Shown one piece after another: positions 9,183-19,777 of a stretch of DNA of 64,000 bases. Each line of letters begins with the position of its first letter. The stretch's first letter is position 1. The position numbers and the translations under genes are program-made. The notes below the pieces were generated by a model. It was not told where the DNA came from. It did no database searches and was given only the letters and a program-made list of their open reading frames with translations. The stretch is from positions 82,137-146,136 of IMG/VR virus record IMGVR_UViG_3300020424_000002. The stretch is one strand, 5' to 3'. The DNA is from a virus.

Positions 9183-11291
9183 CTATACTAATGGGAATGA
9201 TTTTGCAGATGATGTTATTTTAACAGTTTGAACTTGTAATCCAAAAAAGTTTAACAATGCATTGAACATTCCTTTTCCTAAATTTTTAATTTTTTTAAAT
9301 ACTGCTTTAACTCTTTTCATAATTGCATTTAAAATTTTCTTTGCTTGATTCTTTATTGCAGAACCCACATCTTTAACCTTTTGTACTAATCTACTAAACA
9401 TTTGAAACTCATCTAATTGTTCTACTGCACCTTCATGTAAAAGTTGCATACCCATTCTTTCTTTTTGTAATTCTTCTTTTACAATTTGTTTAAAGTTTAC
9501 TTTACCACTTCTCATGGAGAGATAAGGTTTAGAACCACCACCACCTGTTTTAAATGATACATAGAACTTGTTTGTTTGTGCAAGAACTTTTGCATCCGAT
9601 GGTTTGTTCATAGGAAGATGTTTAGTAATTGTTCCATTATCTGCATTAAACTCTACCAATTCATTTGCAACTGCAAGTGGTTCTGCAAATTTTCCTATTC
9701 CAGTTGCAGCTTCAAAGCAGAAGAATTGTTTGAAATCTAAACTTTCAAATAAAGAATCCATTTCAGCAGTTAGTTCTTTTGCAGTAAATTGTAAGTTTTC
9801 CATTTGTTCTATACTTTTCTTTTGTGCTGGTGTTAAAGGTTTACCACTATCTCTAAGTTTTTCTAATGCACCTATAGTTCCTTTTTCATTCATTTCACCC
9901 ATTTTCTTTTCTAAACTATCAATAACACTCTTAACTTGTCTAGGTGAATTTTCTCCCATCATTGACATTGCAGACTCAAATGTTGATATTGTTTCTTCTT
10001 TTTTACCAGACATTAACTGTGAACCACCAGCTTTCTTTAGAGATATTTTTCTTTTTCTTTTATTACCAAGTAAATCTGTTTTAGGTGTTTTGTTTTTACC
10101 TTTCCATTTTGGATTTAATTTTGCAGTTGAACTTCCAAACTGTTCTAGTTCAGTTATTCCTAGTTTCTTTTTGAATGTTTTTCCAAGTTTAATTGCATCC
10201 TCTCCATAGTTTGCCCAAAACTTTTCTGCTCTGTCCCACTCTGCACCTTCTTGTTTATCATTGACTGCAACTGCAATTAGAGCTTCCCAATCTTCTCCTG
10301 CTGGTGTTGGGTTTCCATCTGGTAATCTAGTAAAGTAAGAACCATAAGAACTTGAAGTACCAGCAAGTGTTATTGATTTACCATCTGGTGCTTTTAGTTG
10401 TTTTCTTGCATCACCTGTTCCTATATCTACTGGCAAATCTTTATCATCTTCAACTTCAAACACATCACCAGACTTATATCCTAATGAATTTAATTTACCC
10501 CATTTACCATTGTATAAAAATTGAAATCCTGTTTTATACTTTCCTTGCATTATAGATGCTTCATTTAAATCTGAAATACCTTCAAAGTGTAGTTTAGTTT
10601 CTTTTATACCAGACTTTTCTTTGTAGTGATTATAGAATGCACCAGCAAGTTGATGACCAAACTCTGTATCCGAAGGATAGTGAACTCCAGCAATCTGTCT
10701 AGAATTACCTATATCGTCACCTATTCTTTTGATGTTACCTTTATGTTCAAATGGTACTCTGTCTGCAAGATACAAACTTACAAACCTACCTTCGGTTGCA
10801 TGTCCAGAAGGATATGCTGGTGTCTCTGCTGTTTTTAGTGGATAAACATTGAAGTTTGCTTGACGAAAGAATGTAAGAACTTTCGACAGTTTTTGTGGTC
10901 TTGGTCTGTTGTAATGTATCTTAAGTTGTAGAACAATAGGTGCAAGTTGGTCTTTTAATTTTATAACATCTTCCAAATCTTTCATTGGTAAATCATGTTC
11001 TTTGTAATAATTCTTAAATGGTTTCATCAACTTTTGGTCAACTAAGTCCATAAATTCTCTTGCATCATTACGATAAACTTCGTAAGATTGTAATATTTTA
11101 AGTTCTTGTTTTGTTGCTACAGAAGAATTTTTGTAAGGATGATACTCTACCCACTGTTGAACTGGGAAATCTTTAAACACTCCTCTGTCTGCATTTAACT
11201 GTTTTTTTCTCTTGGGAGACATAGGCATGTTATGACCTAGATTGTCTACTGAGGAGTTGTCTTCTTTTAGGTGTTCGTAAAATGTTTGCAT
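9183..11291 (-). CDS. PAP2/haloperoxidase-family phosphatase fused to an uncharacterised C-terminal domain (start moved to ATG 11291)
   Basis: KIHYNRPRP, YPSGH, SRQIAGVHYPSD. The ORF-track start at 11330 lies inside a terminator hairpin. Confidence 0.75.
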   Translation of the reverse strand: MQTFYEHLKEDNSSVDNLGHNMPMSPKRKKQLNADRGVFKDFPVQQWVEYHPYKNSSVATKQELKILQSYEVYRNDAREFMDLVDQKLMKPFKNYYKEHDLPMKDLEDVIKLKDQLAPIVLQLKIHYNRPRPQKLSKVLTFFRQANFNVYPLKTAETPAYPSGHATEGRFVSLYLADRVPFEHKGNIKRIGDDIGNSRQIAGVHYPSDTEFGHQLAGAFYNHYKEKSGIKETKLHFEGISDLNEASIMQGKYKTGFQFLYNGKWGKLNSLGYKSGDVFEVEDDKDLPVDIGTGDARKQLKAPDGKSITLAGTSSSYGSYFTRLPDGNPTPAGEDWEALIAVAVNDKQEGAEWDRAEKFWANYGEDAIKLGKTFKKKLGITELEQFGSSTAKLNPKWKGKNKTPKTDLLGNKRKRKISLKKAGGSQLMSGKKEETISTFESAMSMMGENSPRQVKSVIDSLEKKMGEMNEKGTIGALEKLRDSGKPLTPAQKKSIEQMENLQFTAKELTAEMDSLFESLDFKQFFCFEAATGIGKFAEPLAVANELVEFNADNGTITKHLPMNKPSDAKVLAQTNKFYVSFKTGGGGSKPYLSMRSGKVNFKQIVKEELQKERMGMQLLHEGAVEQLDEFQMFSRLVQKVKDVGSAIKNQAKKILNAIMKRVKAVFKKIKNLGKGMFNALLNFFGLQVQTVKITSSAKSFPLV

Positions 11292-11309
11292 AATACTATT
11301 TATGCAAAT

Positions 11310-11339
11310 AAAAAAGGGAACAATGGCCATTGTTCCCTT
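11310..11339 (-). terminator. Intrinsic terminator hairpin
   Basis: AAGGGAACAATGG/CCATTGTTCCCTT palindrome followed by a T-run on the minus strand. Confidence 0.7.
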
Positions 11340-11417
11340 AGTAGCAATTTACTCTGTTAGTTATATGTGAATGTTTTCCTAACTTGTTCCGAGCGGAAGG
11401 ACGCCAATCGACTCTAT

Positions 11418-11564
11418 CTACTGCCCTACGATTTCACTGGACTCATTTCTTTGTTTTTCTTTTTCCCAATCTTCCCAATCATGTGGTGTTCCAGCATTAG
11501 GTCTGGAATTAGATTTTGCTCTTTCCCATGCTTGTTTTTCTAATGTTCTAGGAAAATCTTTCAT
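11418..11564 (-). CDS. Small hypothetical protein (48 aa, not in track)
   Basis: MKDFPRTLEKQAWERAKSNSRPNAGTPHDWEDWEK...; ATGA overlap with the upstream stop. Confidence 0.5.
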   Translation of the reverse strand: MKDFPRTLEKQAWERAKSNSRPNAGTPHDWEDWEKEKQRNESSEIVGQ

Positions 11565-11818
11565 TTCTTTAATCTATGTTGTTTTAAAAGATTGTCGTAT
11601 TCTTCAATTTGGTTTTGAAGTTTTATTTGTTTGTCTTCGTTTACTTTGAGTTTTCTTAAGTGTATAAGTTCTTTCTTCAAAGTAACTTTTCTTTGAAGAA
11701 TATCAACTGTTGCATTACTACTTAAAGTACCAAGTTTGTTCCCATTATCAGACATATTATAATTATTCCTATCAAAATGTATCGATTTCTCCTTACTCTT
11801 TGACGATACTGTAACCAT
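11561..11818 (-). CDS. Hypothetical coiled-coil protein (true start probably downstream)
   Basis: ORF track; co-oriented with neighbours. Confidence 0.45.
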   Translation of the reverse strand: MVTVSSKSKEKSIHFDRNNYNMSDNGNKLGTLSSNATVDILQRKVTLKKELIHLRKLKVNEDKQIKLQNQIEEYDNLLKQHRLKK

Positions 11819-11890
11819 GGTAAAAAATCTTCACCAATTTTTGGTATATAATCCTTAAACTCTGAGTTAGGAAATATATCCTTAAAGTAT

Positions 11891-12427
11891 TTATGCATTT
11901 TTAGATTCTCCTTTTACCAATTTTAATACGCTTCTCATTTTTTTAAGTTCTTCAATAGTGTGTTTTGCAGACTTATGTAAGATACCAATTCCACCAGCAT
12001 TCTCCCATGCTTCTATGTTTTTTGGTCTGTCGTCAATTAAAACATTACCTTTTTGTGCAAAAACAGCCTTTTGAGTACCACTATAAGTGCATGTAACTAC
12101 AACATAAGGGTCTACATACTGTTTAATCCACTCGTTTTTATCATAAACTACAATGTTTCTATTGATTGCACCAGCAGCTGTAAGTATTTCCCAAGGTAAT
12201 CCAGTATGTTTTACATACCCAATCAACTCATGATAATCAACCATTGGTGGTAAATTTCTAAATAATCTTTTGTTTGTTAGTTCTTCTTTTCTCTCATCAT
12301 ACTCAGAATGACCATAATCATCGGAAGTTAATGGTCTACCTAACATATCACTGACACCAGCAAGGAAATCAACAAGGACTCCATCCATGTCAATAAAAAT
12401 TCTTTTTGGTGCTACTTTATTCTCCAT
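11891..12427 (-). CDS. HAD-family 5'(3')-deoxyribonucleotidase-like protein
   Basis: IFIDMDGVLVDF ... LIDDRPKNI. Confidence 0.8.
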   Translation of the reverse strand: MENKVAPKRIFIDMDGVLVDFLAGVSDMLGRPLTSDDYGHSEYDERKEELTNKRLFRNLPPMVDYHELIGYVKHTGLPWEILTAAGAINRNIVVYDKNEWIKQYVDPYVVVTCTYSGTQKAVFAQKGNVLIDDRPKNIEAWENAGGIGILHKSAKHTIEELKKMRSVLKLVKGESKNA

Positions 12428-12626
12428 GTAATGCTCTCCAGTCTGCTGGAGTATATCCAGTCATGATAAACTCCCTCTCATCATCATTAAGGTTAGGGAA
12501 GATATCTTGAATTAATCTCCTCTCTTCAGCAGGTGCATTCCACTCTGCAATTTGTTCTTGACTAATGTCAAGATACATCTTGTTAACATTACCTGTTAGG
12601 GGACTAATTCTTGTTACTTCTACCAT
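12417..12626 (-). CDS. Hypothetical protein
   Basis: AAGGAG RBS, directly downstream of an early-type promoter. Confidence 0.65.
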   Translation of the reverse strand: MVEVTRISPLTGNVNKMYLDISQEQIAEWNAPAEERRLIQDIFPNLNDDEREFIMTGYTPADWRALHGE

Positions 12627-12649
12627 ATTTACTCCTTTACTATGTACAT

Positions 12650-12679
12650 AGTATACAATTTTATGTACCTATGTGTCAA
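12650..12679 (-). promoter_or_regulatory. Class A (early-type) sigma70 promoter
   Basis: TTGACA-cataggtacataaaattg-TATACT (18 bp spacer, GGTACA box). Confidence 0.75.
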
Positions 12680-12680
12680 A

Positions 12681-13028
12681 TTACCTTAAATAGTCTGGGC
12701 CGTATATTCTCATTGAGTTAGGGTCAATTCTATATCCATCAAAAAGGTTTCCTCTTGGTGCATTCAAAGCTGGTGTTTTCCATCCAGCAGATTTGAGAAT
12801 ATCACCTTCTCTAAAAGTGATTCCACTTGGTTTAGACCATTCCTTTTTGTTAATAAAACCCCATACTGAACGATGGTCACCATGTTCACAATTGATTATA
12901 CGAATGTATTTTGGGCCAACTGAATAATCAAAAGATACTTTATCTCTACTGTGTTCCCATCTTTCATGCATTGCTTTTGTCAAACACTCACATAACCTTT
13001 CTACTTTTTCTTTTAACTCTGGACTCAT
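12681..13028 (-). CDS. Conserved hypothetical early protein
   Basis: GPKYIRI...RSVWGFI...GDILKSAGWKTPALNAPRGNL. Confidence 0.65.
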   Translation of the reverse strand: MSPELKEKVERLCECLTKAMHERWEHSRDKVSFDYSVGPKYIRIINCEHGDHRSVWGFINKKEWSKPSGITFREGDILKSAGWKTPALNAPRGNLFDGYRIDPNSMRIYGPDYLR

Positions 13029-13333
13029 TATGCAATCTCCCTATCATATTCAAAACCTTCTTTCATCCAATCGACTAAAGTACCTTTCATACTCCATGCA
13101 TTGTAATCACCAGTACATTTAATTCCTATACCATATGAATCAAAAACTAACTTGTAGTATTTGTTTCCATCAATCATATCGTAACCATCTTTTCCACTTA
13201 ACCAATATGCATCATATTGACCTTTAACTGGAACTAAATTTATATTACATTTTTTACGAAGAAAATTTACAACTTTATCAACTGAAATTTTTCCTTCTTT
13301 ACTTAATATTAGTTTTGCATTACCTAATTTCAT
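13028..13333 (-). CDS. Hypothetical protein
   Basis: GAGG RBS, downstream of an early-type promoter. Confidence 0.6.
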   Translation of the reverse strand: MKLGNAKLILSKEGKISVDKVVNFLRKKCNINLVPVKGQYDAYWLSGKDGYDMIDGNKYYKLVFDSYGIGIKCTGDYNAWSMKGTLVDWMKEGFEYDREIA

Positions 13334-13357
13334 TTATACCTCACAATTTATACATAT

Positions 13358-13387
13358 ATTATACTAAAATGTGTACCCTAGTGTAAA
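13358..13387 (-). promoter_or_regulatory. Class A promoter
   Basis: TTTACA-ctagggtacacattttag-TATAAT. Confidence 0.7.
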
Positions 13388-13599
13388 GGTCTTTCGTCAC
13401 CATTTACAAAGATGGATACTAAGTCATAATTTCCAATGATGTCAATACCTATACGATATCTGACACTTTGACACATTAAATCCCAACTTGCATCAATATC
13501 AGATTTATCAAGTGCAAGTTGCATTTCTTTCGAATTGAGAGGGATGTTGATGAGACGAAAGTCTCCACCCCTTTGTTGTATTACTATCCCATTTTTCAT
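13378..13599 (-). CDS. Hypothetical protein (start moved to ATG 13599, leaderless)
   Basis: MKNGIVIQQRGG...; the longer track start overlaps the promoter. Confidence 0.55.
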   Translation of the reverse strand: MKNGIVIQQRGGDFRLINIPLNSKEMQLALDKSDIDASWDLMCQSVRYRIGIDIIGNYDLVSIFVNGDERPLH

Positions 13600-13605
13600 A
13601 CTTAT

Positions 13606-13635
13606 ATTATATGAAAAAATGTACCTATGTGTCAA
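13606..13635 (-). promoter_or_regulatory. Class A promoter
   Basis: TTGACA-cataggtacattttttca-TATAAT. Confidence 0.8.
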
Positions 13636-14381
13636 TCCCAGTGTGGTGGTTGATTTTCAAAATCGTGATGAATATTACCAGCTATACAATATCTATCTGT
13701 TTTAACTGTTACTGGTTTTACTTGATGAAAACAGTATGCTGGAAAGACTACTAATTGTCCTGTATGTGGTGGAATGCTAAGCATGGTTTTCCCCCATTGA
13801 TGTGTTTTTTCTTGCACATGGTCTGCACACATAGATAAATCCATTTCTATACTACCATCTGGGAAAGTGCATATTTCTAATGGTTGTGCAATTTCTGGAT
13901 TTTCAATATATGGATAATAGGTAAAACTTACCAATGCTGGTTCATGAGAATGTGCTGGTGTTACATCGTTTACATTATATTCCATACCCCACACCTGTGA
14001 AAATACTGGTAAAAAATCTTTGATTTGTGTCATAAAATTATTCGTAATTTCATATCCAATCCAGTCTAAAAGGTGTTGCATATGTGAACTATCAAAAGAT
14101 TTCCAACCTGTGAATTTGGAAACACCAGCATTTATTGTATCGTGGACACCTTGTCCTTTTCCATCCATGTCAAGAATGTAATTTACAAGGTGATGATTGA
14201 TGTCCATAATTTGTTGAGGAGCATCAGTTGTATAGACCTTGGTATTAGTTGATAGGTCTGGTATGAAGTTATATGTCCCATCCATCGGTTTTTTCTCCAG
14301 AGATTCTCTGGCCAGATTCACTTTTATCAAATGCAGGCCCAGAGTCATGTAATTCTTCTGTTGCAGACTGTTCACAATCAT
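13632..14381 (-). CDS. 2OG-Fe(II) oxygenase-like protein (true start probably MDGT near 14285)
   Basis: TPAHSH...LVVFPAYCFHQV...RYCIAGN. Confidence 0.7.
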   Translation of the reverse strand: MIVNSLQQKNYMTLGLHLIKVNLARESLEKKPMDGTYNFIPDLSTNTKVYTTDAPQQIMDINHHLVNYILDMDGKGQGVHDTINAGVSKFTGWKSFDSSHMQHLLDWIGYEITNNFMTQIKDFLPVFSQVWGMEYNVNDVTPAHSHEPALVSFTYYPYIENPEIAQPLEICTFPDGSIEMDLSMCADHVQEKTHQWGKTMLSIPPHTGQLVVFPAYCFHQVKPVTVKTDRYCIAGNIHHDFENQPPHWD

Positions 14382-15654
14382 ACAACTTCATTCTTGCTCT
14401 GTCTACACCTATGATGAATCTTCTGAAATAAGTTGGGTCATTATATCTATTCTTCAATTGTTTGACCATGATTTGGTCAAGTTCTTCTAGTTCTTCTGTA
14501 GATATTAATGCAACCATTAAGTCAGCAGTTGCTGGTAAACCAAATGATTCGGATGTATCTTCAAGTCCTATATCTGTAGATGTAAATCCTTGTCTGTTAG
14601 TTTGTGTTGCAGTGACAATTGGTAGTTTGAATTCAACTGCAAGTCCTCTCATTTCCTCTGCAATACTCTTAACCATCGTATAAGAGTTTACACTTGAGTT
14701 TGCTCTCATTCTTGCAGATGCACAAATGTTTAGATAATCAACATAAATGATATCTGGAATAAAGTCTTTTTTAAGATTAAGTTCTTGTAGTAAATGTCTA
14801 AAATGTCCTGTATGTGCAGACGCAGTAGGATATTCTTTAACGATTAGTTTACCTGTTGTCTTATCACGAATAGATTTAACTTTCTTATCATACATATCTT
14901 TTGGTAAATTAGAAAGTTCTTGAATAGGTAAGTTCATTAGATTTGCATCGATTCTTTCTGCAATCTTTTCTTCACTCATTTCCATGGATATATAAAGTAC
15001 ATTCTTACCCATCATAAGATTGTTGGCTGCACAATGACACATGAATAATGATTTACCAACACCTGTTCCAGCCATAACAACATTCAAAGTTTTATTTGGT
15101 AAACCACCCTTTGTAATCTTGTTCATCATTTCAAGGTCGAATGGTAGTTTGTCTTCTACAGTGTTGTAGGATATAAATCTATCATCTGCATCCTCGATAA
15201 AATCATGACCAATGTGTTGGTCAAAAGAAACTGACAATGCATCTTTTAGAATATCTGGAATCTCACCCTTTTCTCTTTTGGATGATTTATCAATAATCTG
15301 AATACTTTCCATAACTGCATTATAGATTGCTCTATCTTTACACCACTTCTCAGTTTCATCTACAAGAAAATCATGTGGTGTTTCTTCACTATTTTCTTTA
15401 CATGCATTGATTATGTTTTGTGCATTCTTAATCTCTTCATCATTATGACCAGACAAATCATTTAGTTGAATATTCAAAGCTTCATGAGTAGGACACTCAT
15501 TATACTTCATAAAGTATTCAGTGATTTGTTTATATACTAATCTTTCTGACCTATCTGTAAAATAGTCTTCCTCTAGATATGGAAGGACTTTTCTTGTAAA
15601 ATTATCAGATGTAAAAAGATTTTTTAATATTGATTCTTCAATTCTATTCTGCAA
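14269..15654 (-). CDS. 41: Replicative DNA helicase gp41
   Basis: [40 protein letters not shown]. Confidence 0.95.
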   Translation of the reverse strand: MQNRIEESILKNLFTSDNFTRKVLPYLEEDYFTDRSERLVYKQITEYFMKYNECPTHEALNIQLNDLSGHNDEEIKNAQNIINACKENSEETPHDFLVDETEKWCKDRAIYNAVMESIQIIDKSSKREKGEIPDILKDALSVSFDQHIGHDFIEDADDRFISYNTVEDKLPFDLEMMNKITKGGLPNKTLNVVMAGTGVGKSLFMCHCAANNLMMGKNVLYISMEMSEEKIAERIDANLMNLPIQELSNLPKDMYDKKVKSIRDKTTGKLIVKEYPTASAHTGHFRHLLQELNLKKDFIPDIIYVDYLNICASARMRANSSVNSYTMVKSIAEEMRGLAVEFKLPIVTATQTNRQGFTSTDIGLEDTSESFGLPATADLMVALISTEELEELDQIMVKQLKNRYNDPTYFRRFIIGVDRARMKLYDCEQSATEELHDSGPAFDKSESGQRISGEKTDGWDI

Positions 15655-16696
15655 TTACTTCACCTGTTTCTGTATCAATAACTTCTTCTCTACCATACTT
15701 AAACTCTTTTTTTGCACACTCGTTGAGTTGTGTTAAGACTTCTTCTGTAAAGTATTTCTCTGGATTATTATTAATAGTTTTACCGAACTGAGTTGTACCA
15801 TCTGGAAGTTCAATTCTTGTTGATGTCTGTTTAAAGATACCATACTTTAGTGCTAAGTCAAGTAAACCATAGTATCTATCAAGACCTTTGTCATATGTTA
15901 ACCTAACATCAACCATTTTGTTTTCCACTGTAAGTCTTGATTTATGATTCTTACAATGAATAATATTACCAATAATCTCTGTTCCATCTTTTTCTTTTTT
16001 CTTAGATAGATAAATGATTGAAGAGGCTGCATACTTCAATCCACTACCACCACCCATTTCTTTTTGTGGGAACATAGAACCAATCACATCATAGGTATGG
16101 TTCGTTACTATCATCGGTATTCCTACTTTACCAAGTTTCAAAGTTAACACTCTGAATGTACCCTTGATAACTTGTGCCTTGGTCATGTCTCTAACATTTT
16201 TACCAGACCCAATATCTTCTGTTTCTTTGATTGTAGATAACATACCTAGTGAATCAAGAACAAAGAAAAGTTTCTCATCACCTTTCTTTCCTTTCTCAAA
16301 TCCATCGATAATGTTTACAGCTTGAGTTCTAAACTCTTCAATAGTTGTCACTGGAACAAGAAGTATTCGACTTGTATCAATACCTCTTTCCTCTAACATT
16401 TCTTGAGTCAATGCAGATTCAGACTCAAAGTAAACGACATTACCCTCTGGGTTGTCTTCTAAAAACTTTTGTACCATTCCTAATGCAAAGAATGTTTTAC
16501 CTGTTGCAGACTCACCTGCTAATGCAGTTATCTTATTAGATGGGATACCACGATAGATATCACCACTTACTAATGCATTAAAAATATAAGAACCTGTATC
16601 GATATAACCATCAACATCACCTGCTACGATTCCATCGGATACAACTCCTGCTAACTCATTACCACTTGCTTTTGCAAGGTCTTTTAATAAATCCAT
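15644..16696 (-). CDS. uvsX: RecA-like recombinase UvsX
   Basis: [28 protein letters not shown]. Confidence 0.95.
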   Translation of the reverse strand: MDLLKDLAKASGNELAGVVSDGIVAGDVDGYIDTGSYIFNALVSGDIYRGIPSNKITALAGESATGKTFFALGMVQKFLEDNPEGNVVYFESESALTQEMLEERGIDTSRILLVPVTTIEEFRTQAVNIIDGFEKGKKGDEKLFFVLDSLGMLSTIKETEDIGSGKNVRDMTKAQVIKGTFRVLTLKLGKVGIPMIVTNHTYDVIGSMFPQKEMGGGSGLKYAASSIIYLSKKKEKDGTEIIGNIIHCKNHKSRLTVENKMVDVRLTYDKGLDRYYGLLDLALKYGIFKQTSTRIELPDGTTQFGKTINNNPEKYFTEEVLTQLNECAKKEFKYGREEVIDTETGEVIAE

Positions 16697-16721
16697 AATA
16701 TATTCCTCGACTTGTTATACT

Positions 16722-16749
16722 ATTATACTATCAATCTCTATTCTGTCAA
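16722..16749 (-). promoter_or_regulatory. Class B sigma70 promoter (16 bp spacer) for uvsX
   Basis: TTGACA-N16-TATAAT. Confidence 0.6.
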
Positions 16750-19226
16750 CTGAAAAAATTTTCTAGGGATGATACTGGTTCAGTTGACCACCCTATTTTT
16801 TCAAGTATTAGTTTTAGAGGTTCAATGAATGATTTGTCAAATTGCAAATCATAATCTATGTAAGGATGAAGTTCAAACTCTCTAGGTAAAGTATTGATAA
16901 ATCCTATGACATTCTCTTTGATTGGATTTGGTATTTTTAAATATAAAAACTTCATATGTTCTCCACTTGAAATGCTTTCATATTTCATTCCTATATCTTT
17001 TTTACCCAGATAATGATTATATAATAAAGATGCTCTGACATGCATAGGTGTAGATTTTTTGTATATGGTTACTGCATTTTCATATTCATTAATACCATTA
17101 ACTCTTCTAGGGAATGCAATATCATTTGGTTCTAATCCTTTAAATTCTTTTCTTGCATCATCTACAAATTCATGTACAAGTTTTTCATCACCTTTCATGA
17201 CAACCTTCAATGCATCCTCTAGTTTATCACGAACCCATGCTGGTGTTGACGACTTTGCAGTTTCAATACCCATCATTTTAAGTTTAGGTTCGTGCAGTCT
17301 TACACCTTCATTATCATGTACATTGAGAATGTATCTTTTCTTTGCAGTCCAGATTGCTTTGTCAGCAATTACTTCACGACCCATGACCATCTTGTTTTGA
17401 TATGCATTTGTATAATCTGCAAGCTCTTGATAACATTTATTAATAACATCTTGCATTTTACCCTTTGCAACTTGGTCAAGAAAATCTATAGGGTTTTTTG
17501 GTTGAACACTCTTGATTAGTTCATCAAATCTTACATAAATTGAATCTGTATCAATTGCAACAACATAATCATCTTCTGTATTTAAAATGGTATTTAAGTA
17601 CTTGTTAACAGCCTTTTCGACCCATTTAATTGCTAGTTGACCACTACTTGTTACTGCTTCTGCATTTGATAACTCAAAGTATCTAAACCACTCATTACCA
17701 ATTGCACCATAGGCACTGTTCAAAGAAATCTTACGAACCATCTGGTTGTTATATGCAATTGCAATCTTTCTGTTCAATTCTTGTTTTAGTTTAGGGTCAT
17801 CTGTAGACTCAAACTCTTTCTGGTGTTCAATCATCTTATTCTTCCACAACACCCTTTCATCATATAAGTTTTCTAGAATCTCTGGAAGAAATCCTTGTTT
17901 TCTTTTACTAAATCTTGCACCATTTGGTGTAGTTGCATAATGACTTTGTATGTCCAGTTCTTTGTCTAACATTTTATCAACTGATAAACTCATATCAGAA
18001 GATTCTACAGCAGTTTCTGGGCTGATATTGTATTGCATAATTAAATGTGGATATAGACTATTTAAGTCAAAAGATACTACCCACTCATGCATTCCTACTT
18101 GAGGTTCTTTAACATATGCACCCATGAACTTTTGTTTTTTGGGTTGTCCAGTTCTAGATGGTGGAACAATAATGTTCTGTTGTCTTAAACGATTGAAGAT
18201 TAAAATATCCCAGTATCTTACTTGTCTGAATGCATCAAGATAATTACACTTTGCAGAATATGACATTGCAAGTAGTAATCCCATTAATCCTAGTTTATCT
18301 TCAAGTTCCTCTACCAAAGTCACATCACGAACATTATACTCTAGAAACTTTTGATAATCTTTTCTATAGAATAGATGCATTGCACCAAACTCTTCGTAAT
18401 TGATTTTACCTTTACCAAGTTCTATCTGACAAATGTTTTCTAGTTTGTAACTATCTCGTCTTTTAAAAGTAAACTTTTGATAAAGTTGTAAGTAATCTAC
18501 AACTTCAATACCTGTTAGTGTATATGCTTGTTGTTTCTTATTGAATGTATCCCACTCACGAACTGTGGTTATATTCCATGGAGATAGTTGGTCTGCAATT
18601 GTAGAACCAAATAACTTGTTGATTCTATTATAAAGATAAGTGATATCAAACTGGTCAACATTCCAACCAGTTATAATGTCTGGATAATTTTTTTTGTATT
18701 CTTCTAGGAAAGTTTTAAGAAGTTGTTTTTCATTTCGACAATGAAAGTATTTTATCGTTGGGTCATTGTGTTCCCATACTTGTGTTCCGAACACATACTT
18801 GGTATCTTGTCCAAAAAACTTATATGTAATTGCATTAATTTCTTCTGCAGCTTCTGTAGGTTCTGGAAATCCATCTTCACACTCACACTCAATATCAAGA
18901 TTCATAATACGAATGTGTCTCATCATCCATTCAATTTCTTGAGGGAAATACTCTGCAATATAAGCGTAAGGATGTCTTTCTATTCCATGAATATCGAACC
19001 CTTCTACATCTTTCCATTTCTCACGAAACTGTCTTGCTTGTGCAATGGAAGTAAATTTTTTGGGTTCTAGGTTTTTACCTTTGATACTTCTGAATGAAGA
19101 ATCTTTATTTGTTGGAACATAGAAAGTAGGTTTGTATTGTACTTGTTTTTGAATATACTCCCCATCCTTGAACTCACGAACAAGGATTAGGTTTCTATGT
19201 TGATAAACATTTGTGTAAAAGTGCAT
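16746..19226 (-). CDS. 43: Family B DNA polymerase gp43
   Basis: DIEC exonuclease motif, SFDLNSLYPH, KISLNSAYG, IDTDS, KKRY. Confidence 0.97.
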   Translation of the reverse strand: MHFYTNVYQHRNLILVREFKDGEYIQKQVQYKPTFYVPTNKDSSFRSIKGKNLEPKKFTSIAQARQFREKWKDVEGFDIHGIERHPYAYIAEYFPQEIEWMMRHIRIMNLDIECECEDGFPEPTEAAEEINAITYKFFGQDTKYVFGTQVWEHNDPTIKYFHCRNEKQLLKTFLEEYKKNYPDIITGWNVDQFDITYLYNRINKLFGSTIADQLSPWNITTVREWDTFNKKQQAYTLTGIEVVDYLQLYQKFTFKRRDSYKLENICQIELGKGKINYEEFGAMHLFYRKDYQKFLEYNVRDVTLVEELEDKLGLMGLLLAMSYSAKCNYLDAFRQVRYWDILIFNRLRQQNIIVPPSRTGQPKKQKFMGAYVKEPQVGMHEWVVSFDLNSLYPHLIMQYNISPETAVESSDMSLSVDKMLDKELDIQSHYATTPNGARFSKRKQGFLPEILENLYDERVLWKNKMIEHQKEFESTDDPKLKQELNRKIAIAYNNQMVRKISLNSAYGAIGNEWFRYFELSNAEAVTSSGQLAIKWVEKAVNKYLNTILNTEDDYVVAIDTDSIYVRFDELIKSVQPKNPIDFLDQVAKGKMQDVINKCYQELADYTNAYQNKMVMGREVIADKAIWTAKKRYILNVHDNEGVRLHEPKLKMMGIETAKSSTPAWVRDKLEDALKVVMKGDEKLVHEFVDDARKEFKGLEPNDIAFPRRVNGINEYENAVTIYKKSTPMHVRASLLYNHYLGKKDIGMKYESISSGEHMKFLYLKIPNPIKENVIGFINTLPREFELHPYIDYDLQFDKSFIEPLKLILEKIGWSTEPVSSLENFFS

Positions 19227-19247
19227 ATATCTAGTATACTACTAGTT

Positions 19248-19478
19248 TTAGTTTTCGTCAATCTGAATTGAGTTGTGGTCATTGAAATGTTTTTTCAATG
19301 TATTGATATTGTCTTCAGCCTCAGATATTTTTTGTATTTGAGAATGAATTGCATCGATAACATCTGGATGTTCTCCGATACCAGCTGGGTTATGTAAATA
19401 GATATCTACATTTGCTTTTGCCTCTGCAATATGTCCTTTATACTTTTGATATAATGCTTGTACTATTGGGTCTTTCAT
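19248..19478 (-). CDS. Conserved hypothetical protein
   Basis: YLHNPAGIGEHPD motif. Confidence 0.65.
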   Translation of the reverse strand: MKDPIVQALYQKYKGHIAEAKANVDIYLHNPAGIGEHPDVIDAIHSQIQKISEAEDNINTLKKHFNDHNSIQIDEN

Positions 19479-19777
19479 TATGTTACTATTTGTGGGGTTG
19501 GTGGTGTAATTACTCCACCTGTTATTGATTCGTATTGATTACGAAGTTTTTGTTCTGGTTCTGCTGTAAAAACAATATTTTTATAGTTAACCATAATCTC
19601 CTCATTGTCTGCCATTGCACCATAAGGAACTAACTGTATGTTAAATCCTTTCTCAGTTTGAGACATGAGTATACCTAAAGGTTTCTTTAGTTTAACCTCT
19701 GTATCATATTTTGAGTTTTCTATAAACTCTGATACGAGTTCTTCACCTGTAACTAATTTCAAATATTTTATATTCAT
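19478..19777 (-). CDS. Conserved hypothetical protein (KLVTGEE, Sm-like fold type)
   Basis: ORF track; translationally coupled to neighbours. Confidence 0.65.
   Translation of the reverse strand: MNIKYLKLVTGEELVSEFIENSKYDTEVKLKKPLGILMSQTEKGFNIQLVPYGAMADNEEIMVNYKNIVFTAEPEQKLRNQYESITGGVITPPTPQIVT

Noticed and set aside
11341-11417. Possible small RNA before the terminator at 11310
   Set aside because: Only short hairpins (GTTAG/CTAAC, TTCC/GGAA); not enough to call
14269-19226. Inteins, introns or homing endonucleases in gp41, uvsX or gp43
   Set aside because: ORFs are continuous and of normal length
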